DNA of 64,000 nucleotides. Source: an uncultured virus (IMG/VR IMGVR_UViG_3300027704_001989). Lineage: Duplodnaviria; Heunggongvirae; Uroviricota; Caudoviricetes. The DNA lies in the IMG/VR virus record IMGVR_UViG_3300027704_001989; one strand, written 5' to 3'. A program made the position numbers and the translations under genes. Every line of letters starts with the position of its first letter. Position 1 is the stretch's first letter. This document shows positions 1-9,869 of the stretch, piece after piece. The notes under the pieces are model-generated. The model did no database searches, was not told the DNA's origin, and saw nothing but the letters and a program-made list of their open reading frames with translations.

Positions 1-4
1 ATAT

Positions 5-1837
5 ATGGCTGAGTTAGACAATGCCGCATTTGAAATGGGTGCACCTGAGCTTGAATCAGTACAAGAAGCTGAATTAAATAATTTAAGAAAGAGAGCAGGA
101 CTTGAAGAAAAAGAAGGCGACGATTGTTCCATCTGTTTCGGTAGAGGAAAGATAGATGCTCATTCAGAAGACGGTCCTAGCAAATGTCAAAAGTGTAAAG
201 GCACTGGCAAAGAGCAATGGAGACCGGAGCCAACAGATTTCAGCAAATTTGGTATTGGTGAAGCAGAAGAAAAAGAAAATAAAACTATCACAGTCAATGC
301 ACCAGTTGCATTATCTGGCGATAGTATTTGGGACAATGACAATACAAACCCTAAATCAGTAAATGTTACAGAAATTGAAGTTGTAGCAGACGATCCTTTT
401 AACGAAGATGATACTTATGCATCTGTTAATGTTAAGCATGATGGTCCATGGACAATATACACTGATACAGGCTTCCAAGACGAAATATCAAAGATTGTAG
501 GTTTTAAAGTATCATTTACGGAGCAAGGTATGCAAGAAGAAGGAGTAGCAAGTATGGAAGGTGACACAAGGTCTGCAGTAGAAGAAGAAATAGATCGCAT
601 GAAACACTTGGCAGGTATGACAATCGAAGAAGCAGATATGCCAGACTTTGACAAAGGCGAACGTCCGCGTAATTCAAAAGAACGTGCCGCTTACCGTAAG
701 TGGAAAAAAGATTCAGCAGCAGGCGCTAAAGATGATAGCGATGTAGTTTCTATTAGTCCTAAAGACAAAAAAGATGCTGAAGCAAGACCTGCAAACGCAG
801 CTGCAGCTAATCCAACTCAAGCACAATTTACAGATATCAATTTAGATACTATGAAAGTAGACGGTAAGTCTATTCCTAGTAAGCAACGTGCTAAAAGTAT
901 TGCAAATCAAATACCAGATAACCTAGACTTAAATGATCCAGCAGTTAAGAAAGAAGCATTCTTAAAGTTTACTGCAAAAAGACCAGACTTAATGTTTGGC
1001 GAGATTAATGCACGTTTATCTAACGATGACACTGGCTTAGCATTAAGCGATAGACTTAGTCCTATTGTGAGAAAGTTAGAAGATAGCCGTAACATAATGG
1101 AACTCGACGCAGAAGATAAAGCATTCGCACTTAAACTTTTACAATCAGCTATCACTGGTATGGAATTAGTTAAGTCCACAGACATTGACAAGCAAATAGA
1201 AGTTGAGCCAATGCAGATGGACGCAGACGACAATGACGATGAGTACGATGATGATTCAATGGTACCAGTATTAGATACAGATGATGAAGAATTAGTTCGT
1301 GACAGTGTTAACTTTGACAGTATTAGAGCAGAGTATGATATTTTACCAGAAGGTAAAATGAAAGACATTATACAAGATGCTATGGACATGAGCAGAGAAG
1401 AATTTGATGCAAAATGGAAAGGCGAGTTTGATTACGATCAACTAAACAAAGACTACAACGATGATTTAGAAGAAGGTAAATTACCTGCAGGACTCCAAGC
1501 ATATCAAGATAAAAAGAATGGCAAGAAAGATGATGCTGACAAAGACGACGAAGAAGTAGACGAAGATAAAGAAGATAAAGAAGAAGTAGACGAAGCATTA
1601 GAAGACATTAAAAGACTAGCTGGCATTGAAATAGCAGAAGGTGCTAAAATAGATTGCCCATGTTGTAAGGGCGGTAAAGATAGCTGTTCAACTGGTAAAG
1701 ATGTATGCGGTACATGCGATGGCACCGGTAAAGTCGACGAAGCGTATGAAGCAGTAGTAGAAACAGTTGCAGACGAGATGGTAGAAAATACAATTGACTT
1801 AGCAATGAAAGAACTACGCCAATTAGCAGGTATCTAA
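5..1837 (+). CDS. Acidic putative head-internal/scaffold-like protein with repeated (K/R)xLAG(I/L/M) motifs and two DnaJ-type Cys modules; may extend past the window start
   Basis: Motifs LRKRAGLEE, MKHLAGMTIEE, IKRLAGIEIAE and C-terminal LRQLAGI; CxxCxGxG pairs; frame open to the window edge. Confidence 0.6.
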   Translation: MAELDNAAFEMGAPELESVQEAELNNLRKRAGLEEKEGDDCSICFGRGKIDAHSEDGPSKCQKCKGTGKEQWRPEPTDFSKFGIGEAEEKENKTITVNAPVALSGDSIWDNDNTNPKSVNVTEIEVVADDPFNEDDTYASVNVKHDGPWTIYTDTGFQDEISKIVGFKVSFTEQGMQEEGVASMEGDTRSAVEEEIDRMKHLAGMTIEEADMPDFDKGERPRNSKERAAYRKWKKDSAAGAKDDSDVVSISPKDKKDAEARPANAAAANPTQAQFTDINLDTMKVDGKSIPSKQRAKSIANQIPDNLDLNDPAVKKEAFLKFTAKRPDLMFGEINARLSNDDTGLALSDRLSPIVRKLEDSRNIMELDAEDKAFALKLLQSAITGMELVKSTDIDKQIEVEPMQMDADDNDDEYDDDSMVPVLDTDDEELVRDSVNFDSIRAEYDILPEGKMKDIIQDAMDMSREEFDAKWKGEFDYDQLNKDYNDDLEEGKLPAGLQAYQDKKNGKKDDADKDDEEVDEDKEDKEEVDEALEDIKRLAGIEIAEGAKIDCPCCKGGKDSCSTGKDVCGTCDGTGKVDEAYEAVVETVADEMVENTIDLAMKELRQLAGI

Positions 1838-1839
1838 CA

Positions 1840-2184
1840 ATGAACGAAATACAAAGATTACAACAACTAGCAGGTTTGCCAATCACAGAAGCAGAAACAG
1901 GTGACGAAGTTACTAAAACTGTTGCAGGACACACTGATGCTGAAAAAGATATGATTATGAAACAGTTATATCAAACAGGCAAATACTGTGTAGAACTTTA
2001 CGGTATGTTAGGCAAGATGGACGGTAATACTGATTTCCCACATTGGTGGCAGGGTAAGATTGTTAAAGCATCAGACTATATTGGTGCTGCTAAACATTAC
2101 TTAGAAAATGAAATTGAAGCACCGGATGTTGACACTATGCCATCTCCAGATATAGAAGATAACGATCCCTCAGGCGTTAGTTAA
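1840..2184 (+). CDS. Putative head-internal protein
   Basis: N-terminus MNEIQRLQQLAGLPITE shares the LAG motif of the upstream gene; 2-nt gap. Confidence 0.55.
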   Translation: MNEIQRLQQLAGLPITEAETGDEVTKTVAGHTDAEKDMIMKQLYQTGKYCVELYGMLGKMDGNTDFPHWWQGKIVKASDYIGAAKHYLENEIEAPDVDTMPSPDIEDNDPSGVS

Positions 2185-2186
2185 GA

Positions 2187-3035
2187 CTAAATCCAGTCTG
2201 TATTATTAACTAGTTTATCAGCATACTCAGGCCAGAATAGGCCTGCTCTAGGTCCGCCATTACACTTACCATCGCTTTCGCCTGGTATCTTAATCCATAA
2301 AAACGCATCACATTTTTCTTCATCTGTGTCACATGTAGGTGGTATACCTAAACTACGGCCTGGTGGGTTACACCAATCATTGCCGTGAGAACCATTGCCA
2401 TTACGACTAGTGTCTATAACAAAATGATCATTAGGTCTTTGTTCGCATATTTGCAATGACCACTTCATACTTTCTTTAGTGCTTCTAAAGTTACTTACAT
2501 TTACACTAAAGCCTCTTACTTTATCATTGCTTACTATGTCTAATAACTTAGCAACTTCGCTAGGTGCTAGCCAATTACTATGCCCTACATCGACGTAAAC
2601 AAGTGCGTTAGAGTTGCTTGTAAGCGTCTCTAAGCCTTCTTTAAGTAAACTTAGCCTAGACTCAGCAATGCTTTTATCCATTAGTGTACTGTGAGGTATA
2701 GCGTCTGGTTCGAATATAACTATGGGTGCTCTATCGCCTATACCTCTACAAAATGCATGTAAGAATTCTAAATATGCTTCTCTGGTTTTTGCACCACCTT
2801 TACTATGATGTCCTACATCTCTTTCTGGTATATTGTATATAACTAGCACAGGCAACTGTGGATCAACACGTTTCATTAAACGTCCTAATCCATCGTCAAT
2901 ATTACAAGAATACTTGCCTTGCCTATCGCCGTACCAGAAACTTACTGGTTGTTCAAATATTTTAGCAACACTAGGGTAAGCAAGTCTGTGGTCTTTTACT
3001 CTGTCAAAGTTATTAACCCAAAAAGGATAATCCAT
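2187..3035 (-). CDS. Glycoside hydrolase family 6 (cellulase-type), catalytic domain only
   Basis: GH6 motifs YNIPERD..SKGG, EPDA, YVDVGHSNWL, GFSVNVSNF, FVIDTSRNG, WCNPPG, DAFLWIKIPGESDG. Confidence 0.92.
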   Translation of the reverse strand: MDYPFWVNNFDRVKDHRLAYPSVAKIFEQPVSFWYGDRQGKYSCNIDDGLGRLMKRVDPQLPVLVIYNIPERDVGHHSKGGAKTREAYLEFLHAFCRGIGDRAPIVIFEPDAIPHSTLMDKSIAESRLSLLKEGLETLTSNSNALVYVDVGHSNWLAPSEVAKLLDIVSNDKVRGFSVNVSNFRSTKESMKWSLQICEQRPNDHFVIDTSRNGNGSHGNDWCNPPGRSLGIPPTCDTDEEKCDAFLWIKIPGESDGKCNGGPRAGLFWPEYADKLVNNTDWI

Positions 3036-3829
3036 TAGCCGTTATCTAAATTAGTTACATTGTTTACAGTTAGTGGATAAGTGTTTGTTGTAGGATATGT
3101 AAAATGTTTTTGCAGTTCTGGTTTTAACGGAGCGTCCCATTGACCTGCTTTACATTTCTCGATAGCTTCGTTGGATATTCCAGCAAGTTCCATTTCTTCG
3201 TAATCACTAAGCAAGTAACTTTTAATGTAAGGGAGCATCTGGCACGGGCAAGTACCTTCCCAGTGAAGGTTCAATGAATTATCCATTAGTGGATTTTCAT
3301 AGTCGAACATTTCTTGTTCTGGGTTATAATAATAAGTTTTTGTAGTTGGTAACAGTTTGTATACTGTTAATCCCTGATCAGGAGTCCTAAATGTTGGTAA
3401 CGGCATCTCAACACCATCAACGGCATACGATTCAACTACATCAGGATTAAATGATGTAATCCTTGCCATGTCTAAACCATTAAGTAAATATTGACTTCTT
3501 TGTAAATGGTCAATGTATTCACCGTCTTTACCTAAGCCTTCGCCTCTTCGTTCCATCTGGCCATTAGTTTCTTCTAATCCTACTCTGTCTTGATCAGGCT
3601 GGTAGTATCCGTATCTTGCACCCCAGTTCTTACTAATCCAATCTTTTTCGTCCTGCCACTCTGGGGTTTTGTTATCCATCTTGGTAACTTTACCCTTGTA
3701 AGTTTTAGTGTAGCCTTCGACCCCGCCGGAATGTGCTTCGTACACTAATTCCCCGTCAAGTAGTTCGCATGTTAATTTACCTGTATTACAATCTAAGTGC
3801 CAGTCAAGTAGTAAATGTGGTTTATCCAT
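3035..3829 (-). CDS. Hypothetical protein
   Basis: 264-aa ORF overlapping both neighbours. Confidence 0.7.
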   Translation of the reverse strand: MDKPHLLLDWHLDCNTGKLTCELLDGELVYEAHSGGVEGYTKTYKGKVTKMDNKTPEWQDEKDWISKNWGARYGYYQPDQDRVGLEETNGQMERRGEGLGKDGEYIDHLQRSQYLLNGLDMARITSFNPDVVESYAVDGVEMPLPTFRTPDQGLTVYKLLPTTKTYYYNPEQEMFDYENPLMDNSLNLHWEGTCPCQMLPYIKSYLLSDYEEMELAGISNEAIEKCKAGQWDAPLKPELQKHFTYPTTNTYPLTVNNVTNLDNG

Positions 3830-4364
3830 TTGTCATCCCCTGTAATTTTTTAAATGTCTTCTCTCGTCTTGCGAAAGCTCTTTTTAGTTTTAGATCGCCT
3901 GCAAGTGAACTATCGATAAACAGTTTCCCTCGTAAATGGTCTAGCTCGTGTTGGAAAACTCTAGAGTCTATGCCCTCTAACCAAACTTCAACTACTTCTT
4001 GTTCTACTGTTTGATATCTTACTTGGACTTTTTTTGGTCGTGTAATGTTTAAATATAAAAGAGGGAATGTTAAACATCCTTCTTCGATAACGCAAGTTTC
4101 TTCACTAGCGTCAAGTATTTGCGGATTGTATATTCCGATGTCACCTTGTGTAGAATGTGTCATTACAAACATCCTGTGCTGAGAACCACACTGCGGTGAT
4201 GCTAGGCCAATTCCTATATTCTCATGCATAATTTGAAACATTGCTTGTTGTCTTTCTATCCAATCGACTTCTACATCAAACGGATCTAATGTTGATTCAG
4301 TGTGTAACGCAGGGTGCCTGGGTTCTACTAAATCTGCTTGCCATTCGTTTTTGTTTGTTGTCAT
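3822..4364 (-). CDS. def: Peptide deformylase
   Basis: GIGLASPQ, EGCLT and QHELDHL motifs. Confidence 0.95.
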   Translation of the reverse strand: MTTNKNEWQADLVEPRHPALHTESTLDPFDVEVDWIERQQAMFQIMHENIGIGLASPQCGSQHRMFVMTHSTQGDIGIYNPQILDASEETCVIEEGCLTFPLLYLNITRPKKVQVRYQTVEQEVVEVWLEGIDSRVFQHELDHLRGKLFIDSSLAGDLKLKRAFARREKTFKKLQGMTNG

Positions 4365-4795
4365 ACTATCCCTTTAAACATTTTTATATATTTATTATAT
4401 AGTTGAACTTCTAGTTTAAATGCTTCTTGTTCCCATGGCTGATCTTTTATATTATTTACTAGATGCATATCAACACCGTGCCATGTGGAACCATTTCCAC
4501 TTAACTCTCCTTTAATAAACTGCTTTGCATGCACTAGCTCGTGACATAGTGTAAGAAATTGTTCGTTAAAAGAATATTTATAGTTGTAACTACCCTTCGC
4601 AATATTAATGAATGCCTCACCTCTATCACCGTAACAGTCTCCCGCCACTTGTCCATCGCATTTATTTATAAAATGTATTTCTATGTCGATGTCTTTTGTT
4701 GTTCTCGGCATTAAGTATTTTAGTATGTTGAATGACACAAGTTCTACAAGTTCTACTTGTTGCGGTTTTCCAAATACTTCAACACTAGTTGCCAC
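4361..4795 (-). CDS. Phage HExxH zinc metallopeptidase-like protein
   Basis: TLCHELVHAKQ..PWEQEA; probable GTG start at 4795 after AAGGA. Confidence 0.75.
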   Translation of the reverse strand: MATSVEVFGKPQQVELVELVSFNILKYLMPRTTKDIDIEIHFINKCDGQVAGDCYGDRGEAFINIAKGSYNYKYSFNEQFLTLCHELVHAKQFIKGELSGNGSTWHGVDMHLVNNIKDQPWEQEAFKLEVQLYNKYIKMFKGIV

Positions 4796-5093
4796 TGTCT
4801 TTTCCTTGAAACAAGTTCTTAATACTTTCAAGCAACGGTTTAACAGAATTATACTCAGTGTTATACTTTACATACAACTCATCTGTTGGGCTGGTTTCAA
4901 TAATATCACCCTTCTTGTATACTGTACCTTCGTATTCTATTCCATCTCTTAAGATTTCTACAGAGGTTCCTCCATGGTTAAACCATGTAGTTAGCCTACC
5001 GGAACCTGCTTCCAGTGCATTGCATGTATTGCCTTCTTCGATGTATTCCATGATTTCCATGTATTCATTTACTGTATCTGTGTATTGTCCCAT
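4785..5093 (-). CDS. Hypothetical protein (apparently leaderless)
   Basis: ATG 6 nt downstream of TATAAT of a consensus promoter. Confidence 0.7.
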   Translation of the reverse strand: MGQYTDTVNEYMEIMEYIEEGNTCNALEAGSGRLTTWFNHGGTSVEILRDGIEYEGTVYKKGDIIETSPTDELYVKYNTEYNSVKPLLESIKNLFQGKDSGN

Positions 5094-5099
5094 GATATT

Positions 5100-5128
5100 A
5101 TTATACTATATTTCCTGTTAGTTGTCAA
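5100..5128 (-). promoter_or_regulatory. Sigma70-like promoter
   Basis: TTGACA-N17-TATAAT on the minus strand. Confidence 0.85.
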
Positions 5129-6018
5129 TCTAACTCAAGGTCTGTTAAACCCATTATTGATTCGCCAGCATCTAATCTTCTTTTATGCTCTTGTAGTTCT
5201 GGACTAAGTGCCGTCCCTGGCCGGCCTACTCCTATATTACCATTGTCAGTTATATAATCTGACCATTCTATATCCATCCGAACTAGCATGTCTATTCTTT
5301 CTTCAATACTTGCATTTTCCCACACTGGGATATTGTGTTTTGTATTCATCTGCATTGGGTATTGCCAATCAAATGCATCCGGTACTCTAAAGTTATCAGA
5401 GGGTCTACTCATTATTGTGTTAACCCATTTTAAACTGTTAGATACGTTTAAGCCTTTACTTTGTGCAAATTCTAGCATGTCTACGTGACATTCTTTTGTT
5501 TCAGATGACGGTATTACTAATCTGTCAGCCATAGCAGTATATGTTTCCACAGTACCTGCTAAGAAGTGATCTTTCATTCCTACATTACGATTGCCATCTT
5601 TGTCGACTAAGTTTGTAAAGCAGTTAGTATACCAGGTATTTTCTGCAATAGGTGTAATAGGAATATTAGTATTAAGCGTAGTAAGTACATCAAACCTTGT
5701 TTCAAATACTGCATCATATGGTGTTTTTGCGTGTTGACGCCTGATGTTTGGTCCAATCATTGTAGCAAGTAATGCAGGCCCGGACCAAGATGTGTAATAA
5801 TTATCTTCTGGTTTCATTAGCACTCTGCCAGTGATATGTTTATTGTTGTCTTCGAATGTTTGTTCCACTGTTCGCATTTTTAAGTGTGGGGTGTGCCATG
5901 TGGCTACATAGTAATCAACGTTCTCTGATATGCTATCAAAGAAGTCAAACACAACTGGTGCATTATAACGCCATGTGCGGACATGTCCTCTAAGTACAAC
6001 TGCAATATTTTTCATCAT
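5125..6018 (-). CDS. Putative glycosyltransferase-like protein
   Basis: N-terminal IAVVLRGHVRT and YDAVFETRFD pattern; last gene of a sugar-enzyme operon. Confidence 0.45.
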   Translation of the reverse strand: MMKNIAVVLRGHVRTWRYNAPVVFDFFDSISENVDYYVATWHTPHLKMRTVEQTFEDNNKHITGRVLMKPEDNYYTSWSGPALLATMIGPNIRRQHAKTPYDAVFETRFDVLTTLNTNIPITPIAENTWYTNCFTNLVDKDGNRNVGMKDHFLAGTVETYTAMADRLVIPSSETKECHVDMLEFAQSKGLNVSNSLKWVNTIMSRPSDNFRVPDAFDWQYPMQMNTKHNIPVWENASIEERIDMLVRMDIEWSDYITDNGNIGVGRPGTALSPELQEHKRRLDAGESIMGLTDLELD

Positions 6019-6857
6019 ATAATATTTCTCTCTTTACAAAAGTCAAACATATATTGACCCCATATTTTATGCCCTAATGCACTTGGGTGAAAAACAATAA
6101 ATGAATCTTCTAAATTTCCCTGCTCGATCATTGTGTGATGTGCAGTTGAATCTTTATTAATAAAACTATCTGAGTCAATTAAGTTCCACATAGTTGATAG
6201 CTCACTTGACATCACTAAGTTTTCATTTCTATAAATTTCGTCGTCCCAATCTCTAAGCATTTGTTCATGGTGGTGATAAAATGCTTGATGCATAACATAT
6301 TTAATGTTTAAACTTTTTAACAGCATCTGTGCTAAAAATACTGTATGTATATATTTAGTAACAAACCCCTCTGGAGCGCCAAACATATCAAAGAATAAAT
6401 TGTAAAACTGATTTAATTTCTTACCTTCTGTTTCGCCCAGCTGACCTGTAAAGTCTTGATCTAAACTCCACGGCCCGTACGGTGCATAGTTTGTATCGCC
6501 GAATTGTTCTTTGTAATAATGCTCAGTACGTTCAGGACTTGTCCATCCAATACTAACTATTAAGTCTGATGTATCATTGCCGCCTAGGTAGTCATTGTCT
6601 GCTAACCATGCAACTAATTTTCTAAATATAGCATCGTTACTTTGTGATGGCAAACTGAGATCAACTATGTCTTGTATGTTTGCATGTTTAGCAAATTGAT
6701 TTAAATAACGATTTTCGAGTCTGTATGTAATATTCTCAGGTACGCTTTGTCGTTCAAATCCGCCACCGGGCAAGTTCATAATTGGCACTGGATCAACAGC
6801 AGGATCTACTAACTCTGCTCCCCAGCACCAACTGTCTCCGCAACCAACTAATTTCAT
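6015..6857 (-). CDS. SGNH/GDSL-hydrolase-like protein
   Basis: GDSWCWG, SQSN, IGWTSPER, C-terminal HP. Confidence 0.7.
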   Translation of the reverse strand: MKLVGCGDSWCWGAELVDPAVDPVPIMNLPGGGFERQSVPENITYRLENRYLNQFAKHANIQDIVDLSLPSQSNDAIFRKLVAWLADNDYLGGNDTSDLIVSIGWTSPERTEHYYKEQFGDTNYAPYGPWSLDQDFTGQLGETEGKKLNQFYNLFFDMFGAPEGFVTKYIHTVFLAQMLLKSLNIKYVMHQAFYHHHEQMLRDWDDEIYRNENLVMSSELSTMWNLIDSDSFINKDSTAHHTMIEQGNLEDSFIVFHPSALGHKIWGQYMFDFCKERNII

Positions 6858-7657
6858 ATTATACCTTTTTCCTTCATGTCGTTATATAATAACTCTGCAA
6901 TCAATTGATGCCCGTATTCGTTTGGGTGGTCTCCGAGACCTGGCTTCATAAAGGGCAAATCAGCTCGAGGTCCGCGATTGTCGCGATTGTTTATCATATG
7001 CTCCTTTAAGTATCCGTATAGACTCATATCATCTAGTTTGTCTTTGTGTAAAAACGTATCTGATGATAGTGTGTTCCACATATCTTCTGTATTTACTGGC
7101 CCGTCATGACGGTGCATAAATTTCTCGTGATTAGTTACAAAATGCTGATTATAATATATTGCTTGGTGCATATGAAATGGTATATTTTTATTTTGCAATA
7201 GACCTTCCACTAACATAAGTTGCTGAATCCATTCAACATAGCATGAAAGTTCATTCCTCATCATGGTATAATAAAATTCTACATGTTTATGGTACTTGGG
7301 TCTATAAGGACTGCTGTCGCTGTCACACCAATTCTCTGTTAATATCCATGGGCCTAGTGTTGTCCAATATGGAGTTGAATCTGGCACCTGCGACACAGTA
7401 TAGTCAAAAAATACTTCAGCCCGTTCAGGACTAGTCCAGCCTATTACAATAAACGGATCATCTTCTAAAGCGCCTGGTTGTGATATCCAACTCAATAACT
7501 GTAATGTAATAGCAGCATTACCTATTCCAGGTTTAGCTAAATTAATAACTTCAGTTGCACCCATCATTGTTTTTAAATGAGAAGCATAATTAGTATTTAC
7601 TCTGTCCTCTAGATCAGAACCAAACGCCCAACTATCTCCAAATATTACTAACTTCAT
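6854..7657 (-). CDS. SGNH/GDSL-hydrolase-like protein
   Basis: FGDSWAFG, NLAKPGIGN, IGWTSPER, DHPNEYGH. Confidence 0.75.
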   Translation of the reverse strand: MKLVIFGDSWAFGSDLEDRVNTNYASHLKTMMGATEVINLAKPGIGNAAITLQLLSWISQPGALEDDPFIVIGWTSPERAEVFFDYTVSQVPDSTPYWTTLGPWILTENWCDSDSSPYRPKYHKHVEFYYTMMRNELSCYVEWIQQLMLVEGLLQNKNIPFHMHQAIYYNQHFVTNHEKFMHRHDGPVNTEDMWNTLSSDTFLHKDKLDDMSLYGYLKEHMINNRDNRGPRADLPFMKPGLGDHPNEYGHQLIAELLYNDMKEKGII

Positions 7658-8109
7658 TTTCTATTGTCTCTTATTTTCTGCACATAGTCACTGCATATTC
7701 CTGCACAGTCTACGTCTAATGTATTTTCTAATAATGGGTCAGTAACTTCCGGCATAACCATAATACTACGCCTTGCTAGTTTTTTACCTATGTTTGTCCA
7801 AATATATTTCTTGTTAGTTAACGAGTAATCATCATTCTCTTGCCAAAAACAATTAGCACGATTCATTTCCATGCCACCAAAGAGATGTAATGCTTCTATG
7901 TTTTTACAATGCACCCAATATCTTTGATTAAATGAAGTAATGTCTGCACCATACTGAGGTTCATCGTGGCCAAAAAACACCTCGCCGTCTACAACCCATA
8001 CATCAACTTCTATATCAAATCCTGCATCTAATGCTTTTTGTATGTGCTCAGGATGATTTTCCATTTCCGAAGGCCCGTTTATATTACCTCTATGTGCTAT
8101 TAGTATCAT
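7654..8109 (-). CDS. GDPD/PLC-like phosphodiesterase
   Basis: LIAHRGN, EN, IEVDVW, GHD, ICSD; start at the ATGA overlap at 8109. Confidence 0.75.
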   Translation of the reverse strand: MILIAHRGNINGPSEMENHPEHIQKALDAGFDIEVDVWVVDGEVFFGHDEPQYGADITSFNQRYWVHCKNIEALHLFGGMEMNRANCFWQENDDYSLTNKKYIWTNIGKKLARRSIMVMPEVTDPLLENTLDVDCAGICSDYVQKIRDNRK

Positions 8110-8834
8110 ACTATTATATCTGTGTTTAAAATTTCTTGTGTTTGTTGCCAACCACCTGTGACATGATATGTCTTACCTAATTGCTGTTCGTAAATTGCAT
8201 CTGCTAATGGTTGATCAATTCCCCACTCTCCCATCTTGTCTCCAAAGAATACAACTTTTTGATCCCATGGTTGATAGTTTATTACTAAGTCTGCTACTTG
8301 TCCTTTATGTGCGCCTTTTAAGCAAATATCAATACTGATATCACCACCGATAAACACATCAAATCTTGAAAACTTTTCTTTAAATTCTTTTGCAAGAGCA
8401 AGCCTTTCTTGTTCAATTAAATCGTAATGTTTATATTCATGACGTTGTAGTTCTGTTGCATCTCTACCTACAATACTAAAGTTTACACTACCAGGCCTTG
8501 TTGCAATGTGTGTTCCTGCCCTAACTGGGTAAGGACTAGTGTCTAACTTACTAAGTAAAAACTGCTCTTCTTCTTCGGTAAATTCAAATTCATTTACTGT
8601 TACAGATCTACCTTCTTGCATAATACTATTGCCCATACAGTTTGCAACAAGTACTGCACCTTCGGTTATATCTACACCTATTTGCTCGATTGTTCGTTCG
8701 TATGTGCTACCAGTAACAAGTATATAAGTATGGCCCCATGTATCGCGCCAGTTTATAAACCAGTCTTTAAATTTTGAATCTATACTAGCACCAGTGTCGG
8801 TTAATACTCCATCAATATCAAATAAAAATATCAT
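8106..8834 (-). CDS. HAD-IIB phosphomannomutase-like phosphatase/mutase
   Basis: FDIDGVLT, VTGS, VNFSIVGR, GGDISIDI, FFGD..GID. Confidence 0.8.
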   Translation of the reverse strand: MIFLFDIDGVLTDTGASIDSKFKDWFINWRDTWGHTYILVTGSTYERTIEQIGVDITEGAVLVANCMGNSIMQEGRSVTVNEFEFTEEEEQFLLSKLDTSPYPVRAGTHIATRPGSVNFSIVGRDATELQRHEYKHYDLIEQERLALAKEFKEKFSRFDVFIGGDISIDICLKGAHKGQVADLVINYQPWDQKVVFFGDKMGEWGIDQPLADAIYEQQLGKTYHVTGGWQQTQEILNTDIIV

Positions 8835-9160
8835 TCGTTACCTACTATAATTTTGTCTGTGCTGTCACCAGGTACCTTAACACATAATATTGTGCAATCT
8901 TCGTGGAATATTGGATCTGCTATTTCGTTTGGCTCTATAACAAATATATCGCCTTTACTTAATTCTTTGCCGCATACTTTCATACTACCCTCTAGTAACA
9001 CATTATATTCTGTGCCAAGTGGGTGATAGTGTGCTGGCCACTGCTCATCTTTTAAGTGTGTGAGTACACCTACTTCGAAGCCTTTTGTTTTTAATACACT
9101 TGGTTCAAAGTCTCCTATGAGCCATCCTCGGTGCATATCTTTTAATTTACTTATTTCCAT
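8831..9160 (-). CDS. Cupin-domain protein
   Basis: GWLIGDFEP, HYH..TEYN, GDIFVIEP. Confidence 0.75.
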   Translation of the reverse strand: MEISKLKDMHRGWLIGDFEPSVLKTKGFEVGVLTHLKDEQWPAHYHPLGTEYNVLLEGSMKVCGKELSKGDIFVIEPNEIADPIFHEDCTILCVKVPGDSTDKIIVGNE

Positions 9161-9845
9161 TATACTTGTCTAAGTCCTCTGGTGTTCCTATAAAATGTAT
9201 TTCGTTTTGATCAATCATGTAATCACCAACCGTTAACCCATCTTCGATTAAGTAGTTGTATGTAGCACTAATGTAAAACTCGTTTAAAGATCTATTATCT
9301 TCTGCAATCATTTTAGTGCCTGAACTTACAAAGTCTGTACCACGTTTCCAATAATGTATTCCTGTTAATGCATTGTTGCTGATTACTTCTTTTTCAACTA
9401 CTTTTGTTACGTTACCTTTTTCTATTAAAGCATAACTGTGTTTAGGATTATCGTCATGTATAGTAACAAGTCCGGCATCAAACATTCTTAAACGTTTCAT
9501 AGCAGGTGCTGTATCCCACTCCATTACTTGATCGCAGTTAGCAATAATAAGTTCATCGTCATTGTTAATTAGGTCAGTTAATAACAATACAGATTGCACA
9601 GCACCTTCGGTAACATAATCAATAATGTGGAAAGTACAGTTAGGAGTAACCATTTTTAATTCATGCATTATATCAGGCGTAAGTGGGTCTTTAGGTAGAA
9701 TATAATGATATGTACCTTCTAGAGCTAATGTTTTTACAGCAAGTGCAATCATCGAAACACCATCAACTTTAATGTATGGCTTAGGTTCGTTGTATAGTGG
9801 CTTAAATCTACTGCCGGCGCCTGCCGCTGGTATAACAATATTCAT
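9147..9845 (-). CDS. Sugar-phosphate nucleotidyltransferase (GT-A fold)
   Basis: IPAAGAGSRF..PKP, IANCDQ, EK, EFYI, IGTPEDL. Confidence 0.88.
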   Translation of the reverse strand: MNIVIPAAGAGSRFKPLYNEPKPYIKVDGVSMIALAVKTLALEGTYHYILPKDPLTPDIMHELKMVTPNCTFHIIDYVTEGAVQSVLLLTDLINNDDELIIANCDQVMEWDTAPAMKRLRMFDAGLVTIHDDNPKHSYALIEKGNVTKVVEKEVISNNALTGIHYWKRGTDFVSSGTKMIAEDNRSLNEFYISATYNYLIEDGLTVGDYMIDQNEIHFIGTPEDLDKYNGNK

Positions 9846-9869
9846 GCTACTATTTATTTAGTTAAACCT

